Of a stretch of DNA of 64,000 nucleotides, positions 49,032 through 62,300 are shown one piece after another. This DNA is from Guillardia theta CCMP2712. Its lineage: Eukaryota; Protista; Cryptophyta. How positions within the stretch are numbered: the stretch's first letter is position 1; every line of letters begins with the position of its first letter. The notes below the pieces were generated by a model. That model saw nothing but the letters and a program-made list of their open reading frames with translations, was not told the DNA's origin and did not search any database. The DNA is taken from contig NW_005434584.1 of the NCBI RefSeq assembly GCF_000315625.1, positions 196,851 to 260,850 of the forward strand. Direction: 5' to 3'. The translations under genes and the position numbers were made by a program.

Positions 49032-51537
49032 ATGCGCTCCTACGTAGAGCCGATGCGGACGCCGACTGCTTCCATTCACTCGGGCATGCGCTACCATCCT
49101 CGCCTCTTCGACAGACAGAGGGAGGGGAAAGAGATGCTCAAGGAGAGGGGGGAAGCCGTGCCGAGCTACGTCAAGCATGCGGCGAACATGCCGCTTGGGG
49201 GAGGGGCGGCGGTCTTGACACCAACGATCGCGAGGCATATGTCCTCTGCTGCCAAGTCCCTGGTGACCCCAGGTAGGAAGACTCGATGACATGCTGCAGC
49301 TGAGCTCTGTTCGCAGCATGGCGCAACTCCACGGGCCTGACGTCGAAGGACCTGATGAGCCCCGCATACTTGATGGCCCTGGCTAGCCCCCTCTTCCTCG
49401 GCAGGGAGGAGGAGGAGGAGGAGGAGGAGGAGGAGGAGGAGGAGGAGGAGGAGAGCGTGAGGGCGCGTCGGCCCAGCCTTCTCTTGACGAGGCTCCAAGG
49501 GGTCTGGTCCTCCTTGGGGGTTGGGCTGAGTGTTTACAGCAGGCTCGCTTGCTCCTTCCTCTACAGCCAGGCGCAGCCCCTGAGCGTGCGGGCTGGGGCC
49601 TTTGTTAGGGAGCAGGCGACGTCAGCGATCGTGTCGATCCAGGCTCTCAACTTCCTCAGCATCCTCATGTTCATCGTCAAGTTTGTCCTGCGCACCTGCG
49701 CCTACCTCGTCAGAAACGTCCTGCTCATCGGCTTCGAAGTCCTGAGCACGTTCCTGGTACTCAGCAACTCGTCCTGGCTACGGAACCTCCTTCTTCCCCT
49801 TCTCCTTTCCTTTCTCCTCCTCTCCACCGCTACTACCACCTCCTGGCCGCCGCCGTCGACCTCCTCCTCTTCCTCCTTCTCCTCCTCCTCCTCCTTCCTC
49901 CTCCTCTTCTTCTTCCTCCTCCTCCTCCCGATCTTCCCACTCCTCCTCCTGATTTATCTCCTTTCCCTCTACCTTTCACTCATCCACGTTCTCGCGACGA
50001 ATTCTTATCCCTTGGCAGGTCGTCGTCAACGACAGCCTGCAGAGCTCAATGGCCCGTGCAGAAGCGAGCAAAGAGAGGGAGGGAGAATGGTTCTCCCCTC
50101 CTCTCCGCAGCTCCTTCCGGCGCAGTGCTGTAGCCCCGCAGTCGTCGCATGCTGGTGAAGTCGAACACGGCTGTCGTACCCCTTGCTGATGATGATGTGG
50201 CAGTCTTGACACGGCCAGTCTCCGATCGCCCAGGGAACGCTCCTCCTCCTCAGCTCCACCAGCCGGTCTCGCAGACCTGGTCGGCAAGGAGGAGCAGTAG
50301 ACCTCCGATGGTGTCGCGTGAGGAGCTTCTGCAGGAGCAGCAGGCGAGAAAAGACGCGGAAAGCAAGATCCTGGAGCTAGAGGTGCGTTGCTTCGAGGAG
50401 GAGGAGGAGATGAGGAGGACAAGAAGAAAAGGAGTTGAGGAGGAGGAAGGGGGGGGGGAGAGGAGATAAGGCAGAAGAGGAGGAGCTGAATGTCTGTACA
50501 GAGGGAGATCTGGCACGCTCGACAGCAAAATAAGCAGCTGGAGAAGCGGATCCAGGCCGTAGAGGCCATTCAGCCTGCAGGCAGGAGGGCGGAGGAGGAG
50601 ACAGGGCAGCAGGGGAACAAGTCAGACCGATTCTCTCCCCACACGCTGAGCATGCCGGAGGGCTCGACAGGATTGGCAGGGGTGAAGTTGGAGCTGCGGG
50701 AGGAGCCGGTAGAGGCTCCTGTGATGCTGCAGAAGCGCTCCGATGACGGCGATCTTCATGCTCCATGGTGGAATGGCGGCACCCCGACGTACCGGAGGGG
50801 AGGGAGGGAGAGCGAGAGAGGCAGGAGGCAGGAGGAGATCGTCAGCCAGATGCGAGAGAATCTCAAGAGGAACCACCTGACTCTCAGGTCGACCAAGGAG
50901 GAGGAGGAGGAGAGTCAGGCAGCAGGGGAGCAGAAGTCGACCGGGACAGGAGCGGGTCCGATGAGAATGTTCAGCTGAGCTCTCGGCCGATGCACATCGG
51001 CCGTGCTCAGGGCCAGCAGCCACTCTCCTTCAAGTCCCTCCTCTCCAACGATCGCTCCTCTTCTCCTGCTCCTTCTCACGCTCCAGCTGCTCCTCCGGCC
51101 CCGCCGTCTCCTCCCTCCCCTCCTACACATCAGGCTGCTGCAGTCTCTCCCCCTTCCTTCGATCCTCCTCTTCTTCATGCTGGAAGGACTCCCGCTTCTG
51201 AGCATGCAAGGACCCTGCCGATGGCAGGTCCAGCGGTAAGGAGGACAATACACAACGAAGAGGCTCCTGTTGCTTCTGGTAAGGAGCTCCCAGCACAGGC
51301 AGACATGCTGAAATACTCTCCTCTCCTTCCTCGATCTCGACTCACCAGCAGGCTGGCTGGAGTTCTGAGCAGAGAGAGGGAGAGGGAGAGGGAGAGGGAG
51401 AGGGAGAGGGAGAGGGAGAGGGAGAGGGAGAGGGAGAGGGAGAGGGAGAGGGAGAGGGAGAGGGAGAGGGAGAGGGAGAGGGAGAGGGAGCAGCAACAGC
51501 AGCAGCAACAACAACAGCGACAACAAGAGCGGCGGCG

Positions 51538-51570
<33 letters not shown>

Positions 51571-52694
51571 GGAGCAACAGCAACAGCGGGAGCATCGACA
51601 GCCGCTGGAGCAGCAGCGGCGGCAGCAAGGGAAGGAAGGAGACGAGAAAGAGAAAGGGGGCAGACCGACTTGGGCCGTGAAGCTAAAAATCGACACCTTG
51701 CCCAACGTTCCTCTAGCAAAAGTCCAGCAGCCTAGCGAGGAGACGTCGAAGATTGGCTCGTGGAGGCAGCGATGGCAGGAGGAGGAGGAGGAGGCGGAGG
51801 CGTACAACGGAGTGATGACAGATGAGCCGGTTCAAAGAGCTTTCAACAAGCAAGAGGCGGCGGTGGCGCCTCGAGGAGCAAACGGGAGCAAGCGAGTGCT
51901 GGAGGGAGGAGGAGCGAAGGAGGAGGCAACGGGGCCCGGGAGGAGGCTGGGTCCTTCCCAGAAGGAGGAAGCCAGTAAGCTGCTCAGCTCCCTTGCCCAG
52001 CAGGTGTCGTCCACCAGCGCCATTCGGCTCGATCGCATGCTGAAGCATTTCGTCGGTCAGAGGTCTGGGCGGCTGCTGCCTTGTGGTGCTTCTGTGCCTG
52101 AAGTCCTTGCAGCTCGTCCATGGCTGAGAAAGTTCGATCGCTGTGCCTGCACCTCGGGCTGAGGGTGGAAGAGGAAGAGGCGAAGCGGCTGATTCTGCTG
52201 ACTGGAGGTCAGTTGAGACTTCAGTCCTTGTGACGTTTTCGATCTCAATGCCTTTCCTCGTGCTTGTCACAGTTGAGCTTTCAGTCTGTCTCCTTGTCTC
52301 TCTTGTTTCTCGTTTCCCAATCTCCCTGCCCTCCATCCCTTTCCCTTTGCTCTCCTCTCTCTCCTTCTCCCTCTGCCTCTCCCTCCCCCACCATCTTCAC
52401 TCCCAGCCCCCTGCCCTTCTCGCTCCTCTCCCTTCCTCTATTCCTCCTTCTCCCCCTCGCTGATTTCATCCGCAATCTCGATGTCTCGGTGCAACCTGCG
52501 TCCCCGCGCTAGCATCTCTCATTTCCTCCCTCTCGTTGCTCCTCCTCCGGACCACCTCTCGTCTCTCCTCTTGCTTCTTCTCAACCGTCTCTCACCTGAT
52601 CTCTCTGCTTGCTTCTCCTAAATCCTTCACCTCTGCAGTCGGCGACAACGGTAACCTCGTCGACTTTGTATCCAAGTTGAAGGAAGGGAGGTGA
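49032..52694 (+). CDS. Hypothetical multi-exon protein (hydrophobic segment, coiled coil, RE/polyQ low-complexity)
   Basis: ORF segments joinable by GT-AG introns; TM-like ALNFLSILMFIVKFVL; coiled coil REELLQEQQARKDAESKILELE. No family recognised. Confidence 0.6.
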
Positions 52695-53186
52695 AGGGTC
52701 TGGTCTGTGCCTGCTGCAGGTATCCCATGCTTCCTACCAGCAGCTCAAGGGAGAGGAGAGAAACTGGCGGTTCTCTTTTCAACATGACACCATTGCAAAC
52801 TGAATTGAACGATGAAAGTAAACCATGTTAATTCGTATCCCAGCAGAATTATGCGATGGGGAGCACAGCACAAATGTGCGCCGTCCCATTGCGAGCCACG
52901 GCATAAGCCTTCGTATTCACCGCAGGAGATTCTTGTCTAGAGCACCTCAGGCATGCAATACAGCCAACGCTTCCCGAAGCATCCTCTCATTTATTCATAT
53001 TCGACCCAGTCATCCAGAGACGATCGAATGCAGAGCACAGCACAACTTTTGAAAAGGCCGAACATCGAGAGATCGCGAGTGAAACAAGTCGGATCCTTTC
53101 AGTGTTCACCCTGTGGATATTCCATCTTATTTCAAAGAAATGTTTCTCCCTTAGGAGTGGCCATAAGACCCTTGATGGCTGCTTAC

Positions 53187-55670
53187 TCAAAGTGCGTTCT
53201 TTTTGACCCTTCTTGACTTTATTCTGTTCTGAATCTTGGCGATTCGCTGATCAGCCTTGTGTTTCGCCCTCTCTTCAAAGGGATCCGAAAAGATGTCCTG
53301 CCAAAGTATCAAAACAGAGCGATTCAAGAATTTTTCACAACAAAATCGTTGGCTGAGTCGTTTTCTTCGACAGGTTTGGTTTGCTTGCACTCCTGTACTT
53401 GCATGCTAATGGAGGTGAATCGCTTTGTGATTGAATCCACAGCCTCTTTCATTTCGGATCTTGCAAGAACTGCTTAATTTCATGCTTCCATTCATTTTGC
53501 TGATTCCTTACCGCAAGTTCTCTAAGTGCTGGTGAGAACTTTTCTCCAGCTTGTCCAACTTCATCAGCATTTCTTCATTTTGATTTTGAATCTCCTCCGA
53601 ACGTCGCTTGACAAAATCGAAGACCTCAAGATAACGGTCTTAGAAATTCTTACGCAGACCATCACATCATTCAAAAACTTCAGCACAACAATTCAAGATC
53701 TGCTTATTTCTGTTGCACCTGTGCCAATTCTTGTTCGATTGAACTCAGTTTCTTGAATGCGTCATCCTTTTCAGATGTTGACCTGTCGTCTTTCAACTGA
53801 AAACAGCTCTTAATCCTTATCAGAGCTTCGAGAGTTTCCTTGAATAAGTCGTCATAGATATGAATTGTCTGCTCTCTAAAGGAGTTCGTGATGGTATCGA
53901 TGGTGCCTTCACTCCTTTTCACTTCTGTGCGATCTAACTCATCGTTCATGGCTAGCAGGCGAGTGTACACCTACCACGACATCAGCATCGGTTCTGTACA
54001 GTCAGATGATCATTCTACTGTCCTACCGGAGAAGGCATTCGTTTGCTTACAGTTTGAATGTATGAGTTCAGTGAGGTCATCCCAGGATGTACTAGAAGAC
54101 TATTGGCTGTTGCAGAATTTGGAATTCGCGAATGGCTGTAATGGGATGCTCTGCTTTGCGAAACTTGAGAGAAATTTGTTTCGGATTCCACCTGCAGATT
54201 TACTCATAAGATCAGGGAGAGAATCTGCATCAATGCGCCATACCCAATGAGGCTGGTCTCTCGAAGCGCATGTTTGACTCTCTGGGCCTGCTGTGCTTGC
54301 CTGGCTCAACGAAGACTCGATGCTGTCTGTGGTGGACTGGCTGTCGAAGAGGAAGCTTCTTGGACCAGCCACACCTTCATGAGACGCTGCTTGCTGGGCA
54401 TACCTGCCGCTGAAGTCGCCATACCTGCGCATGGGGTCCTCCCGTCTCCCAGAGTGCATGGGCAAAGTTTGTGGCACCCCAAAGCGCGGGAGACAATGAT
54501 GTTTTACTCAACTTGGTCAATACTAAGGTGGAAACCGCAGTAGCCGGAGGACCGAAACAGAAGGTTCTGGGGCAGGCTCTCCTGCAGGCTCTCGGGCAGG
54601 TTCTGGGGAGCCAGCTGGCTCGGGAGCTGTCTGGGGAGGCTGCGAGGAGGGCAGCAGGGAGGGCAGCTCGGATGCTGTGGGCCAAGTTGGGGGAGAAGTG
54701 GGTGCCGAAATGTTGGGTACGCACTTCTGAAAAGCATTTTAGCCTGATAGTTCACGCCTGCGAACCTTGCAAAGTCTCCTCCTCCACTCCTTCTCGTCCT
54801 CCTCTCCCTGCTCGTCCTGCTCGTCCTCGTCCTCCTCGTACTCCTCCTTAGCTTCTTCTCAGCTACTCCCTGTTGTTGCTTCCTTGAAGGCTCTTGTTCT
54901 TCGTCTTCCTCCCTTCCTCTATCATCTTCCAATTCTTCTGCCTTCTCTTCTTCTGTTAGTCTCAAGATCAACGCGTCATGCAGCTTGCGAATGCGCTCCA
55001 AAGACCATCCGCATCCTTGATTTCTGTATAGAACCTCCCACGTCAGATCCTTCACGCCCGATCCTCGAGCCGGGAGGAGGTAGTCTTCATTCGCAGGCCA
55101 ACACGCGGCTACATGGCAGTGAACCACCATAATGAACGCCATGAAGAAAAGAGACGAAGTCTTGCAACGAAGATGATCCTGAGTGCTGAGTCGTTGACAG
55201 AGGGATTGTTGACGACGAGAGGCCTTTCAGTTTGGACCCTGCAGGATACTCTGAGCTGATATGATAGAATGAAGCAACCTGGTAATGAAGGGTATACTTC
55301 CGTCCTTGTCAATCTGAACGATCCCTATATGTGAAATTGTGCGAGAAAGGATGACAAATTTTGTTGATTACTTTGCTATGTATTGTTGATATCCATTGCT
55401 GCTGGATGGTTTGTCTGGATGTCCAGTGAACCGACATGCAGGGTCATGTTGAATGATGTACTGCATCTGCAACGTCCCCTACAACTCATCAAACCATTGC
55501 TCTGACATGGCAGGCATCAATAATCATCGATAGTACGAATTCACTTAGAGTTTCACAATGCTCACTGCAAAACATCATGAAATTTACATCACCCCTTCCC
55601 GTCCTTCTCTTCACGTCAGGCTCACAGCATCATTACCATCGTTGTTCCTCCCACTCCCATCCTCCTCCAT
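53187..55670 (-). CDS. Hypothetical multi-exon protein with C-terminal coiled coil
   Basis: Chain of same-strand ORFs (54504-55142, 54100-54477, 53704-53970, 53187-53390) separated by intron-sized gaps. The start is uncertain. Confidence 0.55.
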
Positions 55671-55967
55671 GTCAGCTCCTTGATGGAACTTCGAACGATT
55701 GTCTTCAGTTCTTCTGCTTGTTGTAGTAGCCCAGCCAGCCATGAGGCAAATCCTCTTCATTCAAGATGTCAATCTCATTCTAGACATGGGTCTTTGTTTA
55801 ATGAGACTATAACCACCGACATTCTCTCCTCTGCTCCTGTTAGCAAACTTGTCCTTCGCAAATCTCACCTAGATACATTCTTGGGATTGATCTACGAGAA
55901 AACTTGCCAGGAAACCTTTGACGATAAACAGTCAGATGTAATTTATTGTCACAGGAAGCACAATAAT

Positions 55968-57755
55968 CTATCGGCTCTCAGCTCGAGCGTTACACAGCAT
56001 GTTGTAGAAGATCATCGCAACCATGTTCATAGTCGGAGCCATCGCAAAGTGAAACCCGTCTGCTCCTCCCTCCCCTGTCGTGTCCACTCCAACGCTTTGA
56101 GTCGGCTCCCATGCGTCTATCACCTGCCAACCAGCCTGCTGGAACAGCCTCCTGTACTCTCCGTCCTTCTCCCTGAAAGCCCCCACGTCCCATCCTTGGT
56201 TCCTCTGACCTTGCAGCGCTACTGATGACAGGTAGTACTTTGCGGGCTCTTTGCAGCTGCGACCTGCGAATCTCTTCTCCCACCAGGCAAGGAAGTCTTT
56301 CACCCGGCCAGACTTGTGAGCAAACCCTGCATTGTAGATCATCACAGACACGTTGCAAGTCGACAGCCCCGCCTTCTCCGCTACCCCGTCCCACCACTGG
56401 CTGCCTGCTTCAGTCCATTCCTGGATGTACCTGAACGTGTACTGCCGCGTCCCCCCTGCCTTGCCCGAGCCTTCAACTACCCGAGTGATCATGCCGTTGG
56501 TTCTCTTCTCCTTGAAGTACTCTTTGACACTCTTCAGGTATGAAGGCGTCACGTCCCCCAGCCCCGCCAGGTAGGACAGCGAACCCCACACGACCCTTGC
56601 TTGTGAATCCCCGAGCACGAAGACGCTCTTGGAGCCCTCCGCCCCGATCTTGGAGAGGCATTCTTGTATCTCCTGCGAGTCATACATGTGATGTCGTGAC
56701 GACGATGGCTGAAAGAACCATCGGCTGGTTTGATTGGCAGCCGGCAAGATCTGCTCCATCTTCGTGTCCTCTCTGCTCAGCGCGAGAGGGTTGCCCGTGA
56801 AGAGCTCCGGGTCGTGGCATCTGGTGGGCGAGCAGGCATGGCGGAAGTTGATCCATCGCCCTGGCTCGCCCTCTGAGCTCTCAGCAGAGGGGCTGCTGGG
56901 CGAGAAGGAGAGAGGCAGGGACGTCAACCTGAGTCGCTCGGTAGAAAACTCAAACGGCTGCGGTGACGCAAACACGTTAGACGTGTTCTCGCAGTGTGGG
57001 AGGAGCCTGGGGATCTCGCAGTAGTCGCAAGTCCTCCGCTCGGTTCCTCCCAGGTACACAGACCCTCTCGGCTTCAGGATCCAACGCGCCTTCACCTCTA
57101 CCATGTACTTCCCACTCTCTCGCACTTGAAAATCGAGCTTCCAGAACTTTTCTCCGTTTCGCTCAATGGCGTGTGAGCGAGGAAAGACGATTGCTGGCCC
57201 AACGGCTCGCGCAAACACGGAGATATCATGAACTCCCACATCTCCGACCGCTGATGCGTTGCTGGTTTTCAAGCAATCAAACACGTACGCAGACAACGAG
57301 TTGTGCTTCTTCATAAACAGAACTCCAAGGAAAAGCTTCGCCTCGGAATACAGGAGCGCCTTGCCGCGACATAGATTATGGCGATGCTGATTCGGGGTAG
57401 CATGATTCAAATGCTCGCCACGTCTCTTCCATCTCTCGAACTCGTTGGCGCATTCCTGTCTCGATTCCGACAGCATCTGCATAAACTTCGGTAGACTCTC
57501 CTCAACAGAAGCTTCTTCGTGCTGTTCATACCCCGCTGTTCGCCTCGTGCTCCGTGAATAGTCTAGTCGAGTAAGCCGCGTGCTCCTGCTCACTCGCGGG
57601 ACGAGAAGCCGGGAACGAGCCAAGGTGAAGCCTCGGAGTACGAGCAAGCAGAGGTACATCGTTGCAGCCGCCAGGCAGACTCTCCTGCTGCAACCCTTGC
57701 GGAAGCCCTGCTCCCCCGCACAGCCCCATCCTCCTCCTGTTGCCGCTCTATGCAT
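55968..57755 (-). CDS. Intronless type II membrane protein, NXPE / PC-esterase (SGNH-like) family
   Basis: N-terminal anchor VCLAAATMYLCLLVL; Ig/filamin-like strand FQVRESGKYMVEVK; catalytic-type motifs VFVLGDSQAR and DGFH near the C-terminus. The first ATG is at 57755. Confidence 0.78.
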   Translation of the reverse strand: MHRAATGGGWGCAGEQGFRKGCSRRVCLAAATMYLCLLVLRGFTLARSRLLVPRVSRSTRLTRLDYSRSTRRTAGYEQHEEASVEESLPKFMQMLSESRQECANEFERWKRRGEHLNHATPNQHRHNLCRGKALLYSEAKLFLGVLFMKKHNSLSAYVFDCLKTSNASAVGDVGVHDISVFARAVGPAIVFPRSHAIERNGEKFWKLDFQVRESGKYMVEVKARWILKPRGSVYLGGTERRTCDYCEIPRLLPHCENTSNVFASPQPFEFSTERLRLTSLPLSFSPSSPSAESSEGEPGRWINFRHACSPTRCHDPELFTGNPLALSREDTKMEQILPAANQTSRWFFQPSSSRHHMYDSQEIQECLSKIGAEGSKSVFVLGDSQARVVWGSLSYLAGLGDVTPSYLKSVKEYFKEKRTNGMITRVVEGSGKAGGTRQYTFRYIQEWTEAGSQWWDGVAEKAGLSTCNVSVMIYNAGFAHKSGRVKDFLAWWEKRFAGRSCKEPAKYYLSSVALQGQRNQGWDVGAFREKDGEYRRLFQQAGWQVIDAWEPTQSVGVDTTGEGGADGFHFAMAPTMNMVAMIFYNMLCNARAESR

Positions 57756-58250
57756 GCCACGACACAAGGAAGGGTCGTGCGTTTTCTTTCTTGCAGTAGG
57801 GCCAAGAAGAAATAAAGTAGTTTCGCAGGACAAGTGTGAAATACTTCATGTCTGTAACGGATACATAACCGGCATGTCCGGGATGAAGGGATCAAGAGTC
57901 GTCAAGTTGCATTCGGGCTCGACATCTGATCGGTATGGAGTATGACGACAATGATTTCTACTGTCCAGAAACATCACTACGAAGATGTTCGAATCCAACT
58001 TGACAGACGCGCTGAGTTGATAGAGGAAGCTTTACCACTTGCCTGATACAGGACTGGCTAAGATCAAGGAAAGAGGAGGAGGAGGAGGCGGCGGCGAAGG
58101 AAGAGGAGGAGGGGGGTAGAAATTTGTAGGCAACAGTCAAGTAGTGGGAACAACAAAAGGGCTCAAACAAACAACATCGCGAATCGACAACACACATCAT
58201 GAGCGGGGACTAGAAACGTCAGGAGACACAGGTTCCCCTTGCTGTCCCCA

Positions 58251-60910
58251 CTAGGCCTCCTCCTGCTCCTGCGTCGAGTCCACATCAGCTGCTACCTCCT
58301 CCAGAGCCTGCTCCTCCTGCTCCACTTCCTTCCCGTCCCCCTCCCCCTCCTTCAGGCTCCCCTTCCACTGAGCTCGCTCCTGCGTCAGGGTCCTGCACAA
58401 GGCCTCCAGCCTCTCTTTCTGCTTCCGCATGCTCGCGAGCTCCTTCTTCGTCTGCTCGTTCTCCTTGCTGAGCTCCGAGGCGCTGCCGGTCTTGTCCATC
58501 AGGTCCTTCTTCTCCTTCTCCAGCACCTGCACGACCGATCGCCGTCAGGCAAGGCGAAGTGGGAGGCACGACTGAAAAAGCAGGGGAGGAGAGGAAGAGA
58601 GGAGGAGCAGGGCAGGAGGAAGAGGGGGGCGGGGGTTGGGAGGGGGGGGGAGAAGGAGGAGAATGAAGTGAGGAGGGGAAGAGCAAGAGGAGGAGCGAAG
58701 AGGTGAGGGGAGCAGGGAGGAGGAGGAGGAGAATAAGGATTAGGTGGATAGGGATGAAGAGGAGGACGACGATGAGTAAAACAATGAGGATGCGGCGGGG
58801 GAGGAAGGAGGAGCACGGTGACCGATTGGACTTCCCACCTTGATTCTCTTCCTCAGCTTCTCCGTGTCCTTCTTGAAGGTGCTGAAAACCTCGTTGCTCT
58901 TAGCGAGTGCCTCCTGCATCACTTGCACCTTGGAGCCTGAAAAACAACAACAACAACATGTCACACTCTCCTCCTCCTTCCCCCTCCTCCTTCCCCCTCC
59001 TCCTCCCCCTCCCTGCCGCCCTCCTCCACTCCCTCCTCCTCCTCTTGCCTCACAATCCTTCCCTCGCTCGCCCCCTTCCTTCCTACTTTCCTTATCCCGT
59101 CCCTCGTTTCTTGTTCGTTGCTACTGCTCTTCTTCTCCCACAGCTCTCCTTCTCCTGCCTCCGTTGTCCTCCCCCTCCCTACCCCTATCTCTCTTCTCTA
59201 TATCTCTCTTCCTCTCTCTCTCTCCCTCCTCCTCTTCCTCCATCCCTCCCCGCTAACTCTCTCTCTCCTCCTCCTCCCGTACCGTACTGCTGGAACGTCT
59301 CCATGTGGGAAATCTGCTGCTTCTCCATCTCCTTCTTGTACGTCTCCGCCTGCTGGATAGCATCCTTGCAAATCTCCTGCGTCCTCTGCGACTTCGCCTC
59401 TGCGAGCTGAGAAAGAGCTTCAGGGCGCAAGGCCAAGGCAGCATGAGGAGGGGAGTCACTTGGCATTCGAGGTCCTTGGCGCGAAGTTGGTTCTCGTAGT
59501 ACTGCTCCTTGACCTGAGGAAAAGGGTCAGGAGAGGAGGGGAAGAGCGAGGAGGAGAGGGGGAGGACGGACGAGGAGAGGGGAGAAGGGGTGAGCTGTAG
59601 AGGGATGGTATGATGGCTGGTTGCCTGTAGCGAGCGTTTGGAGGATGGGATGATTTAGGAGAGTTTTGGGGGAGGGGTGGGGGAAGTGATGACAGGATTG
59701 GGAGGAGGAAGAGGAGGAGGAGGGGTGGGAGCGAGTAGGAGGATTAGAGGAGGAGGAGGAGATTGAGATGGAGGTACAGGAGGAGGAGGAGGAAAAGGAG
59801 AAGGGGGAGGAGGACGAGGCGATCGAGAACGGGTAGGAATGAGGGAGATTGGGAAGAAGACAGGAGGAAGGACATGGGAAGATAGAGGATGGGTGGACAG
59901 GGGAGGGAGATGAACCTCGTATTTGCTGATGAACTCTCGGAGCTTCTCGCGAAGTTTGTCTGACTCCTCAGCCTCTGCCAGCCGATTCTGCTCGCCAGTC
60001 AGCTGGGGACCTGTCGGGCAACGTCGAGCTCGACCTTCTCCTGCTGCTCCATCTTCTCCTGGACGTCCTTGATGGTCACGTGAAACTTCTCGCTCAGCTC
60101 GTTCCTCCTCTTCTGTGGGACGGTCATCATCCTTCACCCTGTGCCGGCAGGGGAGGGGGAAAGGGGAAGGAGGAGGGGCGAAGGATGGGAGAGAGAGAAA
60201 GGGAGGACAACTCGCCTGCTCCTCCTCCGAGATCAACTTTGACCGTTCAAGGATGTCTTTGTTCTGCTTCTGGAGCTCCTTGCAGAGGACTTCCAGCTTC
60301 TGCTTCACCTGTTCCAACCATCTCAACGGGTGAACCCAAGTGCCGATCAAGGGTTCACTCACGCTGTTGACCTTGGACAGCTCCGCCTTCGCTGCGTCCC
60401 TCTCACTCTGCGCTTTCTCCAGCGATCTCTGCATCGTCCACATGCCCCGAAGCGCATGACGTCAGCAGACTGCAGCGGTAGGGGCAGCCATGCCCATATC
60501 CTCAACGCTCCTCTCCTCACCTGCAGGTTCCCGTTGGTTCGCTCCATCCGATTGCACTCTTGCAGCTTGTCAAGGTACTTCTGCTGCAGCAGCTTCACTT
60601 TCTCATTCCCATCCGACATCCCCTCCAGCTGATCCTTCAAGTCCTTGGATGCCTTCTTGTACAACTTCGCTGCTCACCATCGCATCATCGGAGCTTCTTA
60701 CCAACAGCTCACATCATTCTTACCCAGAGCTTTCTCCTCGTCCTTGTCCTCCGACTGCTTCTTGTCCATCTGCGCTATCTTGGCCGCAAGCGCAGCCTTG
60801 AGGGTGTCGTCATAACTCACCACATCTAGTTGATCTCTGCAGTGGTCCCCGTTCCCCTCGTTGAGCTTCGCATCAGGAGGCGCGTGCATGGCAGCTTGTT
60901 CGTTTTCCAT
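58251..60910 (-). CDS. Taxilin family coiled-coil protein, multi-exon
   Basis: KQKLEVLCKELQKQNK, ALAKSNEVFSTFKKDTEK..IKVLEKE and KERLEALCRTLTQER match taxilin signatures. Confidence 0.92.
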
Positions 60911-61283
60911 CCTGCAAAGATGAAGTTCAATCGTGGGCAAGGACAGCTCACCATTCGTACACTTTACCAACTGTAGCCGTTCACTCTCTCCCTCCCTCCC
61001 TCTCTGTCCCTGTCTCTGTCTCTCCCTCTCCCTCTCCCTCTCTGTCTGTCTGTTTTTTTGTCTCTCTGTCTCTGTGTCTGTGTCTGTGTCTGTGTCTCCC
61101 TCCCTCCCTCCCTCCCTCCCTCTGTCTCTCCCTCCCTCCTCTCTCTCTCCCTCCCTCCCTCCCTCCCTCCTGGATATTTGTTTGGAGGAATCTCGAGCGG
61201 TATGGGGTTAAAGTAAGAAAGTAATACTGATATTCTTAAAAGAGATAAGACGATTGAATACAACCAACTACAAAAGGATTTAC

Positions 61284-61383
61284 NNNNNNNNNNNNNNNNN
61301 NNNNNNNNNNNNNNNNNNNNNNNNNNNNNNNNNNNNNNNNNNNNNNNNNNNNNNNNNNNNNNNNNNNNNNNNNNNNNNNNNNN
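61284..61383. other. Assembly gap (100 N) inside (CCCT)n microsatellite
   Basis: Run of N flanked by CCCT repeats. Confidence 1.
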
Positions 61384-61889
61384 TTCCCCTCCCTCCCTCC
61401 CTCCCTCCCTCCCTCCCTCCCTCCCTCCCTCCTCCTCCTCCTCCCTCCCTCCCTCCCTCCCTCCCCTCCCTCCCTCCCTCCCTCCCTCCCTCCCTCCCTC
61501 CTCCTCCCTCCTCTCCTCCCTCTCCCTCTCTCTTCCTCCCTCCCTCCCTCTCCCTGCCAGTCTCCCTGCTGTGCCCCTCAGCTTTCTTCCCTCCAAATTT
61601 ATTTTGAAAGTGGACTCGCTAACTTGAAAGTTCATGTTAAAATTTCATATTTCCAATTATTAGTGAAAAAATTGAAAAGCACATGAGAGAATTTCAGCAT
61701 ACCGCATTCGGAGACTTCAATTTGCCAATTCAGTAGTGACCGTAGCCTACTCTTTACTCAAAGTTAAGTTAAAATCAGTACGAGGACAATCAGGAGAGTC
61801 GAGGAGGCTTGACCCTGACACTGTCGCACAGGCCAAACGGCGAGAAGAGAAAAGACAGCGAGAACCAAACCTAAACCTGCCGACTAATG

Positions 61890-62300
61890 GCACGCGGCGG
61901 CGCGGCCGGGGCCCGGGGCCCGGGCCGCCGCGGCCCGGCCGTTCCGACACCGTGGCACGGTAGTACACTGATCCGATGGAGTCCGGGTCCGACCGTCCCG
62001 GCTCAGCCCGGCGTGCCGCGATGATGCCACGGTGCCCCCGGGGCCCGAGTCCCGGCCGCCCCGGCCCCTCCCCGGCGGCGGAGTCCGCCCGGCGCAGTAC
62101 GGTACACGGCGGCGTATAGACGGTAGGCCGCCGTATACTGAGTACCCGGGCCGGCGGCGGCGCCGCCGGGGCGGCAGTAGTCCGTAGCTGGGCCAGCCTC
62201 AGGGCCGGGCCACCGTGTGCGCGGCCGCGTGACGCCCCGGCCGGGCGGCCCGGGCGCGCCCGGCGGCGCCCGGCCGCCTTAATTAGTACTGCGGCGGTAG
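61890..62300. other. Very GC/CpG-rich non-coding patch
   Basis: Dense CCGG/GGCC/GCGC/GTAC motifs. Similar patches occur at ~12610-12930 and ~48220-48520. Confidence 0.7.

Noticed and set aside
54950-55470. RAMA-like DNA-binding domain in the hypothetical gene
   Set aside because: The resemblance (DG.I ... W..LY....SL..IR) is too weak to claim without a profile search.
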